Counted from the stretch's first letter, positions 48,429-59,628 are shown. The stretch: 64,000 bases of DNA from Candidatus Bathyarchaeota archaeon (GCA_003141855.1 PLNS01000013.1:21370-85369), one strand, 5' to 3'. Notes: generated by a model not told the origin, from the sequence alone. Translations and numbers: made by a program.

Positions 48429-49927
48429 ATGAAGCGAACGGTAATATTTGCCACTATCGCGGTTCTCTTAATAATAGTCGTGTCAGCAACCCTCGTTATA
48501 GTTAACAATATGCCAGCAAAGAATGACCCATTCTATGTTGGCGTAACCTATGGCGGAGACACAACCGCTGATGCCAAGCTCCTTATTGACAAAGTTAAGA
48601 ACTACACAAACCTTTTCGTTTTACAGTCAGGAACCTTGCAACGGAATAATACGGCCATGGATGAAATAGGAGATTACGCTATTGCTTCAGGACTGCACTT
48701 TGCAGTTTACTCTGGCGTTGATGAGGCATTTCAATCAACTGATTGGATAAACACCGCTCAACAACGATGGGGAAGCCAATTTCTAGGCATATACTACAAC
48801 GACGAGCCAGGAGGAAAAATGCTTGACGGTTACGTGAATCTCGTCCCATCGATAAGCAATGCCACAGTTGGAAACAGTACCACAACTATAGGGAGCGCAG
48901 GCGTACTGAAGATGGGTGGCGGTGGAATTCAAGTTGGAGATACAACGTATTATCCGAATGGCACCATCCGAGTCTACAAATCAACTGGCATGCCTCCGAA
49001 CCCTTCTTCGTGGACTAGTTCATCGGACACACCTAAGGTTGTTGACGGCACAAACACCGGTATCTCTTACTATCCTAATGGCTCGATTACCATAAATGAG
49101 AGTGCAAACTCAATAACCTATTATCCTGATGGATCAATGACTGAGCAGTTGAAAGGAAAAGACTTTTTTACGATGGAAAACGGTTCAGACCGTATATCTC
49201 AAGTGGAACCTTACAGCTCCGTTTTAGCCAAAAGCCCAATCAAGAACTGTGATGAAGCCGCGCAAAATTTTGTTAACCGAAATCGCTCATCTTTAAGCTG
49301 GCTAGATAATCAGTCAGTTACCCTTTTTACCGCCGATTATGCGCTTTATTGGTGGGATTATCAAAGCGGCTATGACGTTGTCCTTGCTGAGTTGGGCTGG
49401 AACAACACGGATGCTCAAGAAATTGGTCTGGTGAGAGGAGCGGCGAACCTGCAGGACAAGAGTTGGGGCACAATCATAACTTGGACGTATACTCAACCGC
49501 CCTATTTGACAGCGGAGACGAAATGTATAATGAAATGCGCTTGTCATATGAGTCCGGTGCCAAGTACGTTGTAGTCTTCAATTACGCTGGAGACATGAAT
49601 GGTCCGTATGGGACGTTGCAGGATGAACATTTCCAAGCTCTTGAACGCTTCTGGAACGAAGTGGTACAAAACAAGAGCGTGGTGCATGGTGGAATTAAGG
49701 CTGAGGCAGCGTTGGTTTTGCCCAGGAATTATGGGTGGGGCATGCGAAATCCGGATGATACGATTTGGGGTTTGTGGAGCACAAACAGCACCTCGCAGCA
49801 AATCTGGACACAACTTCAAAGTAAGCTTGCGCAATACGGCTCAAAACTAGACATAGTTTATGATGACCCAGCGTACTCTGTCGCTGGAAAATACAGCCAC
49901 ATATATTACTGGAACCAAATAAGTTAA
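48429..49927 (+). pseudogene. GH-like barrel paralog 4, frameshifted at ~49510
   Basis: PPYLT then out of frame; adding one base restores SGDEMY. Confidence 0.8.
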
Positions 49928-50129
49928 AAGTTCACCAAATGGTTCGAAAAACAAAATCAAGGAACCTTTAAACAAACGTTTGGAAATCGAGTCTATAGCA
50001 CATTCCCGAAACTAACGTTCAGGTTTTGAAGACGCTTGTAGACGCCAAATTTACAGAGGTCCTCAAAAAGGCTGAAGATGGGCAAGTATATACTAACGTA
50101 TGATAGTAAGAAATGTAGAGGGGATATAG

Positions 50130-51800
50130 ATGAAACGTCTATTAAACGCTGTATTAATCGCATTGTTACTGTGCACATTGTTCTTTGTAACTTTAACAGT
50201 TTATGGAGCTACAAACTACAATGACACGATTAGTTCCAATACAACTTGGACCAAAGCCAACAGCCCCTACACGTTAACTGGAAACGTAACCGTTGACTCT
50301 GGCACAACTTTAACAATTGAACCTGGCGTCACCATACAAATTCCCAGCGACTGCACGTTGCAGGTAAACGGCATTTTGGTTGCCCGAGGCACGAGTTCTG
50401 AAAAAATCAGTTTTACAGGCGGAGACATTTCCCTTGGTGGTAGAGGTTCGGGCAGCGTGATTGAGAATGCAATCTTAAATCCCACTAATCTTATCATTGG
50501 CAGTTCAGCCACAATTAACGGCAACACCATCATTGGGCGAGGCTCAGCAAACAGCTTCGAAGCAGTATTAATCAATGATGGAGCGCCCAGCATTTCAAAC
50601 AACCTTATTTATGGAGCCGACAGCCAACGTGGAATGCGCATAACAGGCGGGTCCCCAACAATTAGCTCAAACGGCATTATGGGTATGATAATTAGCGAAG
50701 GCAACAACGTGGGTGCACCAGTAATTTCCCATAATACCATTGAGGGAGGCATCTCATTGTCACAAAGCGGCGCAACAATTACAAACAATTTAATCACTGG
50801 ATTTAAGTATGTCAACTTCAACGGCGACGTGGACAGTCTCTATAGCTTGATATACGACAGCTGGCTTGGCAGCGGTATTGGCATTACAGCGGACTACGAA
50901 AACATAATGCATGGCGCAGGCGCAGTGATAACTGACAACGTCATCACAGGTTGCGAAGATGGTATTTCTGTTTTGCAAGGCGGCACCACAACCATACAGA
51001 GAAACCTAATAGTTAACACCTCAAGAGAAGCACTTCACGTAGCATCCGACGCCATCATCAGTGATAACACGATAAGAAACAACCAAAAAGGTATAGTGGT
51101 AAGCAACGCGCCGACCCTGAATGTGAGAAACAACAACTTGGAAAACAATGGCAAATACAGCTTTTACCTCTATACAGGCAATAATGTTGATGCAACCAGT
51201 AACTGGTGGGGCACAAACGACACCCAAACCATCGAAAACAGCATTTGGGATAGCACGTTTGAGCCTTACGACGGCACTGTAAGCATTAATCCAATTCTCA
51301 CAGCGCCAAACCCAGAAGCACATCCCAACTCCATGACATTCCCAAGCATTAACATGCCAAACAGCGGCGGCTCAGACAGCAACCCCTTCCACATTGGAAC
51401 CAACAGCACCGTAACCGACGTATTCTTCAACCCCGAAAATGCATCTCTCAGCTTCACTGTCAGCGGTCCCAGTGGCACCGCAGGTTCCACCAATGTCACC
51501 ATAGCCAAATCTGTTATGCCAAACGGCGGCGCCCTCAAAGTTACCATGGACGACAAACAAATTAGTTATGCGCTTGCCGATAACGGTGATTCATGGAATT
51601 TAGGCTTCGCCTATACCCACAGCACTCACAGAGTAACCATCACTGACGGAGTAAACCAAACCCAACCCACACAAACGCCAACCTCAACACCAATTTCTGC
51701 TGCTGACGAATTCAACATCCTGCCAATAGCAATAGTCCTCATTGCAGCACTTGCAACTGTCAGCCTCATTTTTGTTGGGTTAAAAAGAAAAAAATCCTAA
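50130..51800 (+). CDS. Secreted beta-helix surface protein with C-terminal domain and TM anchor
   Basis: WTKANSPYTL, PbH1-like repeats, NWWG, T/P linker, TM-KRKK. Confidence 0.85.
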   Translation: MKRLLNAVLIALLLCTLFFVTLTVYGATNYNDTISSNTTWTKANSPYTLTGNVTVDSGTTLTIEPGVTIQIPSDCTLQVNGILVARGTSSEKISFTGGDISLGGRGSGSVIENAILNPTNLIIGSSATINGNTIIGRGSANSFEAVLINDGAPSISNNLIYGADSQRGMRITGGSPTISSNGIMGMIISEGNNVGAPVISHNTIEGGISLSQSGATITNNLITGFKYVNFNGDVDSLYSLIYDSWLGSGIGITADYENIMHGAGAVITDNVITGCEDGISVLQGGTTTIQRNLIVNTSREALHVASDAIISDNTIRNNQKGIVVSNAPTLNVRNNNLENNGKYSFYLYTGNNVDATSNWWGTNDTQTIENSIWDSTFEPYDGTVSINPILTAPNPEAHPNSMTFPSINMPNSGGSDSNPFHIGTNSTVTDVFFNPENASLSFTVSGPSGTAGSTNVTIAKSVMPNGGALKVTMDDKQISYALADNGDSWNLGFAYTHSTHRVTITDGVNQTQPTQTPTSTPISAADEFNILPIAIVLIAALATVSLIFVGLKRKKS

Positions 51801-51921
51801 CTGTAACTGTAATCAAGTCATCGATAACTTTTTTTTGGAAGTCTAAGCTTCATAAGTTCTACAATTCGCCAAGCAAGAGTGTTATTTTTTTTTATTCTTG
51901 TATGTAGGCTCTGAACCCAAG

Positions 51922-51948
51922 TGGGTCTAGGACCCAGCGGCCTCACCA
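51922..51948 (+). other. tRNA-3'-like fragment ending in CCA (possible att relic)
   Basis: TGGG-TCTAGGA-CCCAG-CGGCCTC-A-CCA. Confidence 0.4.
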
Positions 51949-52136
51949 CAAACATCTAAGCCTTACTTGATTGCAAAAAGAGCGATAAGCTCGTAACATG
52001 TAAATATTACAGGCTTTATAATTTTATTAACGCACTCCAAGAGAGCGCACCACTAGGAACAAGGGGTATCCCTCTCGCAGCAAAAAAAAAAATCCGTTTT
52101 AAGTTATATTGATAAAAAAAACCGAAATGAAATTAA

Positions 52137-53237
52137 ATGAAGTTGCCTGGATTTTTAAGCAAACACAAATCTTCACTTTTCCTGATTCTCGGATCGATAG
52201 CCTTCATTGCATACCTGGAATACTTCGTAAAATTTGATTCACTCATTAAACTCTTAACCTCCTTAAACCTTGCCCAATACTCACTCTACTACTCCCTCGC
52301 AATCCTATCGCTTGTCCTCATGGTTTTTTTCGATTCATTAATCTTTTATTATCTCCTCCAAGGACTAAAAGTGAAAATAAAACTCACAAAAATGATCCTC
52401 TACAACTGGATTGGAAACTTTGTGGAAATGGTAATTCCATGCGAAACGGTTTGCGGAGAAGTAACGAGGATATATCTGATTCAGAAAGATACAAAAAGCA
52501 ACATCGGAACATCGGCTGCTCCCGTTATTAGTTCGCGGATAATAAGCACAGTCATCTACACCGCGGGATTGTTGGTTGGATCAATCTTCTTAGTCTTCGG
52601 ACGACCGCTTCCACTTTACTTGCTTGGAACACTTCTAGTCATTTCTTTTGGAACTGTAGGAATCATAGGAGTATTCTTCTACATCGCCCTCAAGAACGGA
52701 GCCGACGAAAGACTAGTTAACGCAATCATGCGTTTGCTGAAGGTAATTACTAAGAACCAAGCTAAACTGGATAAGAGAAAAGAGAAGCTCCAAACTACGA
52801 TATTTTCATTTACTGAAGCCTTCAAGACCTACAAAAAAAACCCGAAACTTCTTATTAAGCCTACAATTTTCGCCGCAGTAGGTTACATATTCAACTTGTT
52901 GGTTTTCCTGATGGTGTTTTACGCGCTGAATTTCAGGAGCATTACATTACCCGATTTAGCAGTTGTCTACTTTATTTCATCTACGGTTGAGACTATTACG
53001 TCGGGTTTCCCAGTCGGCGCGGTTGAGATAACAATGATTAACCTCTATTCAGCATTAAACGTGCCCTTAGTGATTGCTGGAGCAGCCACGACCTTATCGA
53101 GACTTCTAACTTTCTGGGTTCAAGTTTTAATTGGTTACCCACTCGTCCAGTTCACCGGACTCAAGCAACTGGTTAAAAACGGTCTTTCCTCGGATGCGCT
53201 TTTTGGAAACCAAGAACCAGGTATGAGTGAGATATAG
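52137..53237 (+). CDS. Lysylphosphatidylglycerol synthase TM / flippase-like protein (UPF0104)
   Basis: About 8 TM; GEVTRIY, P..G.VE, RLLTFW motifs. Confidence 0.8.
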   Translation: MKLPGFLSKHKSSLFLILGSIAFIAYLEYFVKFDSLIKLLTSLNLAQYSLYYSLAILSLVLMVFFDSLIFYYLLQGLKVKIKLTKMILYNWIGNFVEMVIPCETVCGEVTRIYLIQKDTKSNIGTSAAPVISSRIISTVIYTAGLLVGSIFLVFGRPLPLYLLGTLLVISFGTVGIIGVFFYIALKNGADERLVNAIMRLLKVITKNQAKLDKRKEKLQTTIFSFTEAFKTYKKNPKLLIKPTIFAAVGYIFNLLVFLMVFYALNFRSITLPDLAVVYFISSTVETITSGFPVGAVEITMINLYSALNVPLVIAGAATTLSRLLTFWVQVLIGYPLVQFTGLKQLVKNGLSSDALFGNQEPGMSEI

Positions 53238-53416
53238 AAGAAAATACCTAAAATGCTACAGGCATCAAAATTAAGGATAAGTAACCATCAAAAAAATCAG
53301 GGCAAATTAAGTTAAATTGAAAATGAAAAAAATGGTTTGGCTAGTCGTATGATTCTCTTCGTGAAGCTTAACTGGAAAATCGCTGCAGTTAACAGGAAAT
53401 TCCCGTGTTCTTTTTG

Positions 53417-53593
53417 TTAAGGGACGACTTCGGCGTCTGCACAACCGCTGATTAAGTTTGTTATTCTTATTTTTACGTGCTCGTTGGCTTTTGCGTTTTT
53501 GATGAAGACTGGGAAGCCTTTGATTTTAGCGACGCCCTCCCCGTTCGGGCTCATATCGATTACGTCTACTTCAAATTCTTCGCCAATTTCCAT
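53417..53593 (-). CDS. Single TRAM-domain RNA-binding protein (not in ORF track)
   Basis: MEIGEEFEVDVIDMSPNGEGVAKIKGFPVFIKNAKANEHVKIRITNLISGCADAEVVP. Confidence 0.85.
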   Translation of the reverse strand: MEIGEEFEVDVIDMSPNGEGVAKIKGFPVFIKNAKANEHVKIRITNLISGCADAEVVP

Positions 53594-53768
53594 TGGGTAC
53601 GCAATGCCTCTTCCTCGGTTTTTGGCGTTTCTTGGAGCTCTTTTTTTGGGACTAAAAGTGCATCATCCTCTTTTCAAATTAATAATGTGTTCCTAAGGAT
53701 AAGGGTTTTGTCTTCAATCTTCTAAAAAACGAAGCCATCTTATTGTTTTATGTTAGCAACGGTGGGTA

Positions 53769-54752
53769 TTACGTTGGTTTGCTTTTTTTCAGCGTTTCTG
53801 TCGCTTTTTCTGCCCACTGCGAATCACTCCAAAATGCTCTGCCCACCGCTACCAAGTCGACTTTTCCCTCACTTACCAGCTTATCCGCGTATTCTGCCTC
53901 GGTGATTCCGCCGACGCCTATAACTGGAACGCTTACTGCGCTCTTAATCGCCTGTGCCTGTGGGACAAAGTAGCCTTTTATTTGCCGTAGCTGTTTAGGT
54001 TCGCTTCCGCACATGCCTCCCGACACGTCAAGTATGTCTACCCCTGACGCCTCAAGCCGATTGGCAAACACAACCGAATCTTCAATATGCGTTCCACTGG
54101 GAGCTAAATCATCAGAGCCTAACCTGTAGAGCAAAAGCCTACCGTCGAGGCGTTTGTGCACCTTTTCAACGACCAAAAGGGGAAAACGCATCCGATTCTC
54201 CAAAGAACCGCCAAACTCATCCTCCCGCCTGTTAAACAGTGGCGAGAAGAACTGGTTTAGCAAGTACCCGTGCGCTCCATGAAGCTCAACTCCGTCAAAC
54301 CCAGCCTTAACCGCGCGCTCAGTCGCCAAAGCAAACTCTTCAGCGATACCGTAAATTTCACTTGCTTCTAACATGCGCGTTTTTTCCCTCGGCGAAGGAC
54401 CGGCGGGTTCGGTACCTATGACTCTTTTATTCGTAACCCCGCCTGCGTGAGAAATCTGAACCACCGCTGGAGCACCAACCTCATGCAAAGCGTTTGCAAG
54501 CTTCTCAAAACCATTAATCGACGAGTCATCGTGGATTGCTAGTTGTTTTGGTCCTATCTTGCCAGTCGGCGAAACATAGGAGTGCTCAACGATGGGCAAA
54601 CCTAAGTGGGATGAGCGTCGAACGTAAAAGTTAATCAGCCTGTTGGTTACTGTGCCTTCAAAACTTGCCCTGCCCGTCTGCATAGGCGGCAAAACAATAC
54701 GGTTCCTAAGAGTGTAACCCTTCACTTTCAAAGGCTCAATTAGACCAGGCAA
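53769..54752 (-). CDS. NADH:flavin oxidoreductase (Old Yellow Enzyme family)
   Basis: LRNRIVLPPM, AGFDGVELHGAHGYLLNQF, FGGSLENRMRF, GR. Confidence 0.92.
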   Translation of the reverse strand: MPGLIEPLKVKGYTLRNRIVLPPMQTGRASFEGTVTNRLINFYVRRSSHLGLPIVEHSYVSPTGKIGPKQLAIHDDSSINGFEKLANALHEVGAPAVVQISHAGGVTNKRVIGTEPAGPSPREKTRMLEASEIYGIAEEFALATERAVKAGFDGVELHGAHGYLLNQFFSPLFNRREDEFGGSLENRMRFPLLVVEKVHKRLDGRLLLYRLGSDDLAPSGTHIEDSVVFANRLEASGVDILDVSGGMCGSEPKQLRQIKGYFVPQAQAIKSAVSVPVIGVGGITEAEYADKLVSEGKVDLVAVGRAFWSDSQWAEKATETLKKSKPT

Positions 54753-54948
54753 ACCCTAACACCGATGCGATAAATGGTTGGAGAGGAGTTATAAGAACAT
54801 GCCATAGTAAAATGAGCAAAAATGGGTTTTGGGTATTTGAGGTATGGCATCTGAGAAGAATTTTTTTATACCTCCTGCAACTGTTTGTCTAGTGGAAACG
54901 TTTAGTTTCTGGTTACTAAAACTCGATTATGAAATTGAAGGAATTTTC

Positions 54949-55689
54949 ATGAATGTAAAAGACAAGACTGCAATTGTTACTGGAGCATCCTCAGGAATAG
55001 GGCTATCGACTGCCCAATTACTTTCTAAAATGGGCGCCAAAGTAGCCCTCGTTTCGCGTTCAAAAGAAAAATTAGAAAAACTCTCAAACGAAATTCCCAA
55101 CTCCATCGCCGTTCAAGCTGACATGGCTAAGGTTTTTGAAATCAAACGAATGGTTAACGAGGTCACCGAACGTTTCGGCAGGATCGATGTGCTTGTTAAC
55201 AATGCAGGTGTCGGATACGATGCCTTAGCGGAGAAAATCGACGTTGACACGTTCCATTACATCTTCGACCTCGACTTGGTTGGACCACTCGCCGCCATGC
55301 AACAAGTCATCCCGATTATGAGAAAGCAGGGTGGAGGCACAATTATTAACGTAAGCTCTGCAGTGGCGCTTATGAACTTGCCCAACAACGGACCCTACGC
55401 GTCAATAAAACGCGCACTATCAGTTTTAAGTTTAACCGCGCGAGAAGAGCTAAAAAATGATAACATAACTGTGAGCGTGGTCTACCCCTACATTACGCTT
55501 ACGAATTTTGAGAGAAACACCATTCGAGACGTCCCCGTGCCCGAGAGCGAGCTGGAACCTCGAGGTCCCTTTCCGCCTGACACTGCGGAATATGCGGCGC
55601 AGAAGATTGTTGAAGGCATAGAAAGCGGAGAAGCGGAAATTTTCGCTCATGATTGGATAAAAAATAGGGTTCGCGGAAATCCGCAGTAG
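54949..55689 (+). CDS. Short-chain dehydrogenase/reductase
   Basis: TGASSGIG, NNAG, YASIK. Confidence 0.92.
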   Translation: MNVKDKTAIVTGASSGIGLSTAQLLSKMGAKVALVSRSKEKLEKLSNEIPNSIAVQADMAKVFEIKRMVNEVTERFGRIDVLVNNAGVGYDALAEKIDVDTFHYIFDLDLVGPLAAMQQVIPIMRKQGGGTIINVSSAVALMNLPNNGPYASIKRALSVLSLTAREELKNDNITVSVVYPYITLTNFERNTIRDVPVPESELEPRGPFPPDTAEYAAQKIVEGIESGEAEIFAHDWIKNRVRGNPQ

Positions 55690-55724
55690 AAAGTGCGCTC
55701 TCTCCTTCCTTAAAATTTGCAGAG

Positions 55725-56339
55725 TTACGCTTTTATGAGGTTTTTTGCACCCTGAGTTAAAGCAAGCGCAACGATGTATGCGATGAAAACTGCTATCATT
55801 ACCCATTCTCCGATAAACAGGTTCATAAAGTTAAAACTAACACCGAAGGCGAAGTTAATCATGGCTGCGGCAAAACCAAAATACGCGGTCCATTTAGGAC
55901 TGGAGGGGTTTCTCCGTATTGCGCTAGCCGAAAATATTTCAAAGAAACCAACAAACACAAAAAGCATGATAGAGAAGAAAGAGTGAACGGAATCGTTAAC
56001 GCCTAAAGGAAAAAGGGCAGACATCATGAAACTGAGAGCAAAAACTATTCCAGATACCTGTGACAACCTAAGAAAGACTTTCGCCTTCTTATCGCCCACC
56101 TTCCAAGTATACATTCCAGCGAAGAACAAAACTAAAACCGCACTCGTTATTATGCCGCCTGCGTCGTAGAAGATGGCGCCTGCTGGATTCTGCGTGGGAT
56201 TTCCAAAGTCGCTTAGCCAATTTGTCAGCGGACTGAAAGGTTTAGGGTAGTAGAGAATGGCAACTAGAGTAAACACGACGTAGATACAAACCGCGATTAT
56301 TCCCATAAGCGAAAAAAGTGAAAGTCTCTTCATTTTCAA
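55725..56339 (-). CDS. DUF998-family membrane protein
   Basis: NWLSDFG, FN/YDAG, H..FS, EW motifs; about 5 TM. Confidence 0.75.
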   Translation of the reverse strand: MKMKRLSLFSLMGIIAVCIYVVFTLVAILYYPKPFSPLTNWLSDFGNPTQNPAGAIFYDAGGIITSAVLVLFFAGMYTWKVGDKKAKVFLRLSQVSGIVFALSFMMSALFPLGVNDSVHSFFSIMLFVFVGFFEIFSASAIRRNPSSPKWTAYFGFAAAMINFAFGVSFNFMNLFIGEWVMIAVFIAYIVALALTQGAKNLIKA

Positions 56340-56495
56340 CTAAACACTCCTCAGCATAGCAAGCCGCTGATTTATATCGGCGACACGCTTATAACAGGAA
56401 CGGTTGACTGAAGCCAATTAAAACAGTTCGTTTCTAAGTGCTTCAAAATCAGGTGCCCCGCCACTACCAAAGCCTTGGGCACGGTTACGGAAGTC

Positions 56496-56999
56496 TTAAG
56501 CATATTTTTCAACGATTTCTCCGATTATATTCATGTTTCTAGTAGTCGCTTTCATCTTCAGCTTTGACTCCAAAAAAGGGTTAGGCAGTGCGCCCTCTCC
56601 GCCACCATGCGTCACACTGAAAACTTCCGTGCCCTTCGCTGAAATTACTTGCGCGGTAGACTTGAATCGTTAAAGGAACTGCAGAGGAAAACTGGGTGGC
56701 TCAATTGCAAGAAAAGTCACTAGAAAACTTGTGCCTTCTTTTTCTTGGCTTTTGAGTTGGGGAATTGTGCGCACGAACGTTGCGACTTCATAGCCTACGG
56801 TGCTGTGGAGTTTTTCTTCGATTTTAACTTTGATGTCCTGAGGGTTCGCTAGGTCGGTTTCGAAGATTACGTTGCCGCTTTGTTTGTAGGTAGAAACGTT
56901 TTGGAAGCTCAACGAAGTAAAGGCTTCTTTGAGTTTCTCTTTAACCACGATGTGCCCGCCAACGTTGATTCCCCTTAAGAAAACTACAAAGCGATGCAT
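56496..56999 (-). pseudogene. DUF1697-family protein interrupted by in-frame TAA at 56670-72
   Basis: FLRGINVGG, SGNVIF; the frame continues ...KATTRNMNII to TAA 56496. Confidence 0.75.
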
Positions 57000-57079
57000 G
57001 AAAAGGCATTAAGAATGCGTTCTTATAAGATTTTGTTTGGGTACTATAGATGCCACAGTTACCAGGAAGGGAGTTGATG

Positions 57080-57469
57080 TTATTTTATCATGACTGCTTC
57101 TTTTAGGTCCTTGAAGTGTGGGTCTCCAGTTAACACTTTGGATTTCAATTTCCTTGCAGTAGCCAGCACATAGGCATCGGCAAGTCCAAAGTCTTTTTCA
57201 GTCTGCCTCATTTCTGCATGGAGCACACCTGTTTTTTTGGAGAGCTCTTCGTCGGCGTTTACAATTTGGGAATTGCTTAGAAGCAAGTCATAGGCTTTTT
57301 CGACGTCTTGTTTTTCCCGCGCAACTTTGCTTATTACCTCTGCAACCGTAACAGCGCACGTGTAGACCTCGACGTTTTCCTGTTCTAAAATTTCATTAAC
57401 TTTAATGCCCATTTCGCTTCCAATCAAGTATTCAATCCAAGCGTAGGCATCAATCACATATCTACTCAT
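57080..57469 (-). CDS. vapC: VapC PIN-domain toxin
   Basis: VIDAYAWIE, E, ADA..LATA, LTGD.HF. Confidence 0.88.
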   Translation of the reverse strand: MSRYVIDAYAWIEYLIGSEMGIKVNEILEQENVEVYTCAVTVAEVISKVAREKQDVEKAYDLLLSNSQIVNADEELSKKTGVLHAEMRQTEKDFGLADAYVLATARKLKSKVLTGDPHFKDLKEAVMIK

Positions 57470-57674
57470 GCGTTTTCAGCTCGTCCTCGGCGGTGAAGGA
57501 GGTCATTTTTTTGAAGGCGCCAAAACCTGACTTTCGGCATTTCTTAACTGTTATTTCTACAAACTCGTTCTCTTTGATTTTTTGGGTTTTCACCAATTCA
57601 TTCGGCAAAGTTACGACTATTGAGCCTCCGACCTTACGGGTTTTTGCTAAACACCCAACCATAAATAACACCAT
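57462..57674 (-). CDS. vapB: AbrB/MazE-fold antitoxin
   Basis: KTRKVGGSIVVTLP; overlaps the vapC start. Confidence 0.8.
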   Translation of the reverse strand: MVLFMVGCLAKTRKVGGSIVVTLPNELVKTQKIKENEFVEITVKKCRKSGFGAFKKMTSFTAEDELKTHE

Positions 57675-57892
57675 TATGATAATTTATTATACTAAAGTAA
57701 CATATAACGTTTTTTTCAACAAACCAAAACCCACACCTTAAAGCTGGAGCAGCATATTTGGAACCTAATAGAAATAGTATGCACAAACCTATAGGGGGTA
57801 GGTCGGTATTGGCAACTTTCTATATCAATAGCATGTTCAAAACCCAGCGTGCCCGACTAAACAAAAATTTTGAATGCCAAAGTTGAGGCTTC

Positions 57893-58486
57893 TTATTTTG
57901 AAAGCAAGAAAAGCCCAACTTCACCAAACAAGTTAGGCAAAAACCTGATAGTCCGATTCTTTGAAATAAACGCTTCATATTCGACGGTTATGTGGCTTTT
58001 TTTGCAGTAATCTTTGAAGTCTGCGATGCTTAAGAAGTGCAGGTTAGGAGTGTCATACCATTCATAGGGCAGCGAGGCAGTAACGGGTACTTTCCCACGG
58101 AAGAAAATTTGGAAGCGGTCTGTAATGTAGCAGAAGTTTGGGAACCCAACGATGACTTTTTTTCCGACTCGCAAGGCTTCTTTTATGGCAAAATCAGGCT
58201 TCTTGACCTGCTGGAGTGTCTGGTTTAGGATGACGTAGTCGACGCTTTTGTCGGAGTATTCGGTTAAGCCTGTGTCGATGTCTTGTTGGAACACGCTTAA
58301 GCCTGCCGCGACGCAGTTGTGGATGGCTTGTTCGCTGAGTTCGATGCCTTGAGCATGCACTTGCTTGTTTCTTATCAGTAAAGAGAGCAGTTCGCCGTCG
58401 CCGCAGCCCAAGTCCAGAATGGATGCTCCGCTGCTAATCCAGCTTGAAATTATTCTGTGTTCTATTGCATGGGTTTGCTTGGTCAT
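57893..58486 (-). CDS. metW: Methionine biosynthesis protein MetW
   Basis: [33 protein letters not shown]. Confidence 0.9.
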   Translation of the reverse strand: MTKQTHAIEHRIISSWISSGASILDLGCGDGELLSLLIRNKQVHAQGIELSEQAIHNCVAAGLSVFQQDIDTGLTEYSDKSVDYVILNQTLQQVKKPDFAIKEALRVGKKVIVGFPNFCYITDRFQIFFRGKVPVTASLPYEWYDTPNLHFLSIADFKDYCKKSHITVEYEAFISKNRTIRFLPNLFGEVGLFLLSK

Positions 58487-59628
58487 GTGTGGTTACCGTT
58501 CCCGTTTCCGTTCGCTACAGCTTTCAAGAAGTCTCCGATAAGCTGCGTTTCCTGCTTAGTTTCCAAAAGGAAAGAGTCGTGCCCGTAGGTGCTGTTTATT
58601 TCGCAGTAGCTTGCATCTACGCCCGCTAGTTTACATGCTTTTACGGTCTCTTGGCTTTGGTAGGCTGGGTAGAGCCAGTCAGATTTGAAAGCTAACACCA
58701 GCACCTTTGCCTTTAAACCCTTAAAGACGCTGCCTAAACTGTGTCCGTTGAGCAGGTTAAAGTTGTCGATGGCTTTTGTGATGTAGAGGTAGCTGTTGGC
58801 GTCGAAGCGTTTGACGAAGTTGTCGCTTCTGTAGCGCAGGTAGCCTTCAACTTCAAAGTCCGCGGCAAACTTGAAGGGTTCCTTGTCGGCTCGGGTTCTT
58901 CTGCCGAACTTTTCAGTCATGGATGTGTCGCTCATGTAGGTTATGTGTCCAATCATTCTTGCAACTGCTAAGCCTTTTGAGGGGGGAGATGAATCGTAGT
59001 AGTCGCCGTTTTTCCAGTCAGGGTCTGACATTACCGCTTGCCGGCCAACTTCGTTGAATGCTATTTGCTGGGGCGTATGTTTCAGGGTAGTTGCTATGGG
59101 TATAGCTGAGCTTATTCTTTCGGGGTATGAAACCATCCATTGCAAGACCTGCATGCCGCCCATTGAGCCGCCGACGACGGCTAAAAGCCTCTCAATACCC
59201 AAATGGTCAATCAGGTGTTTTTGTGCTTGAACCATGTCGCCGATGCTGATTAAGGGGAAACTCAGACCGTATGGCTTTCCTGTCTTCGGGTTGGTTGAGG
59301 ATGGACCGGTGGAGCCCTTGCATCCTCCGATAACGTTGCTGCATATCACAAAGTACTTGTCTGTGTCAATGCCCTTGCCTTTGCCGATAAGGTTGCTCCA
59401 CCAGCCATCGGGTCCAGCAGCATGAGCGTCGCCACTTAGTGCGTGAAGTATAAGAATCGCGTTTGATTTTTGTGCATTGAGCTTGCCGTATGTTTCGTAG
59501 GCAAGCGTTATTGGACCAAGTTTCTCGCCTGATTCCAAAATAAGCTCCGCTTGTGGATACGCGAAAGTGAATGTTTGGATTTCGGAATTTTCCGGTTTGT
59601 TAGCTTCTGTGAACTTTTGTGCCTCCAA
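58483..59628 (-). CDS. metX: Homoserine O-acetyltransferase
   Basis: HALSGD, GGSMGG, RFDANSY, D.LYP, GHDSFL. Confidence 0.93.
   Translation of the reverse strand: MEAQKFTEANKPENSEIQTFTFAYPQAELILESGEKLGPITLAYETYGKLNAQKSNAILILHALSGDAHAAGPDGWWSNLIGKGKGIDTDKYFVICSNVIGGCKGSTGPSSTNPKTGKPYGLSFPLISIGDMVQAQKHLIDHLGIERLLAVVGGSMGGMQVLQWMVSYPERISSAIPIATTLKHTPQQIAFNEVGRQAVMSDPDWKNGDYYDSSPPSKGLAVARMIGHITYMSDTSMTEKFGRRTRADKEPFKFAADFEVEGYLRYRSDNFVKRFDANSYLYITKAIDNFNLLNGHSLGSVFKGLKAKVLVLAFKSDWLYPAYQSQETVKACKLAGVDASYCEINSTYGHDSFLLETKQETQLIGDFLKAVANGNGNGNHT

Noticed and set aside
51890-51950. Intact tRNA-Pro
   Set aside because: Only a 3' fragment with a degenerate T-loop; no 5' half.
30268-56999. Selenocysteine/pyrrolysine read-through at internal stops (30477 TGA, 56670 TAA)
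   Set aside because: TAA is not recoded, and the TGA gene also carries a frameshift.
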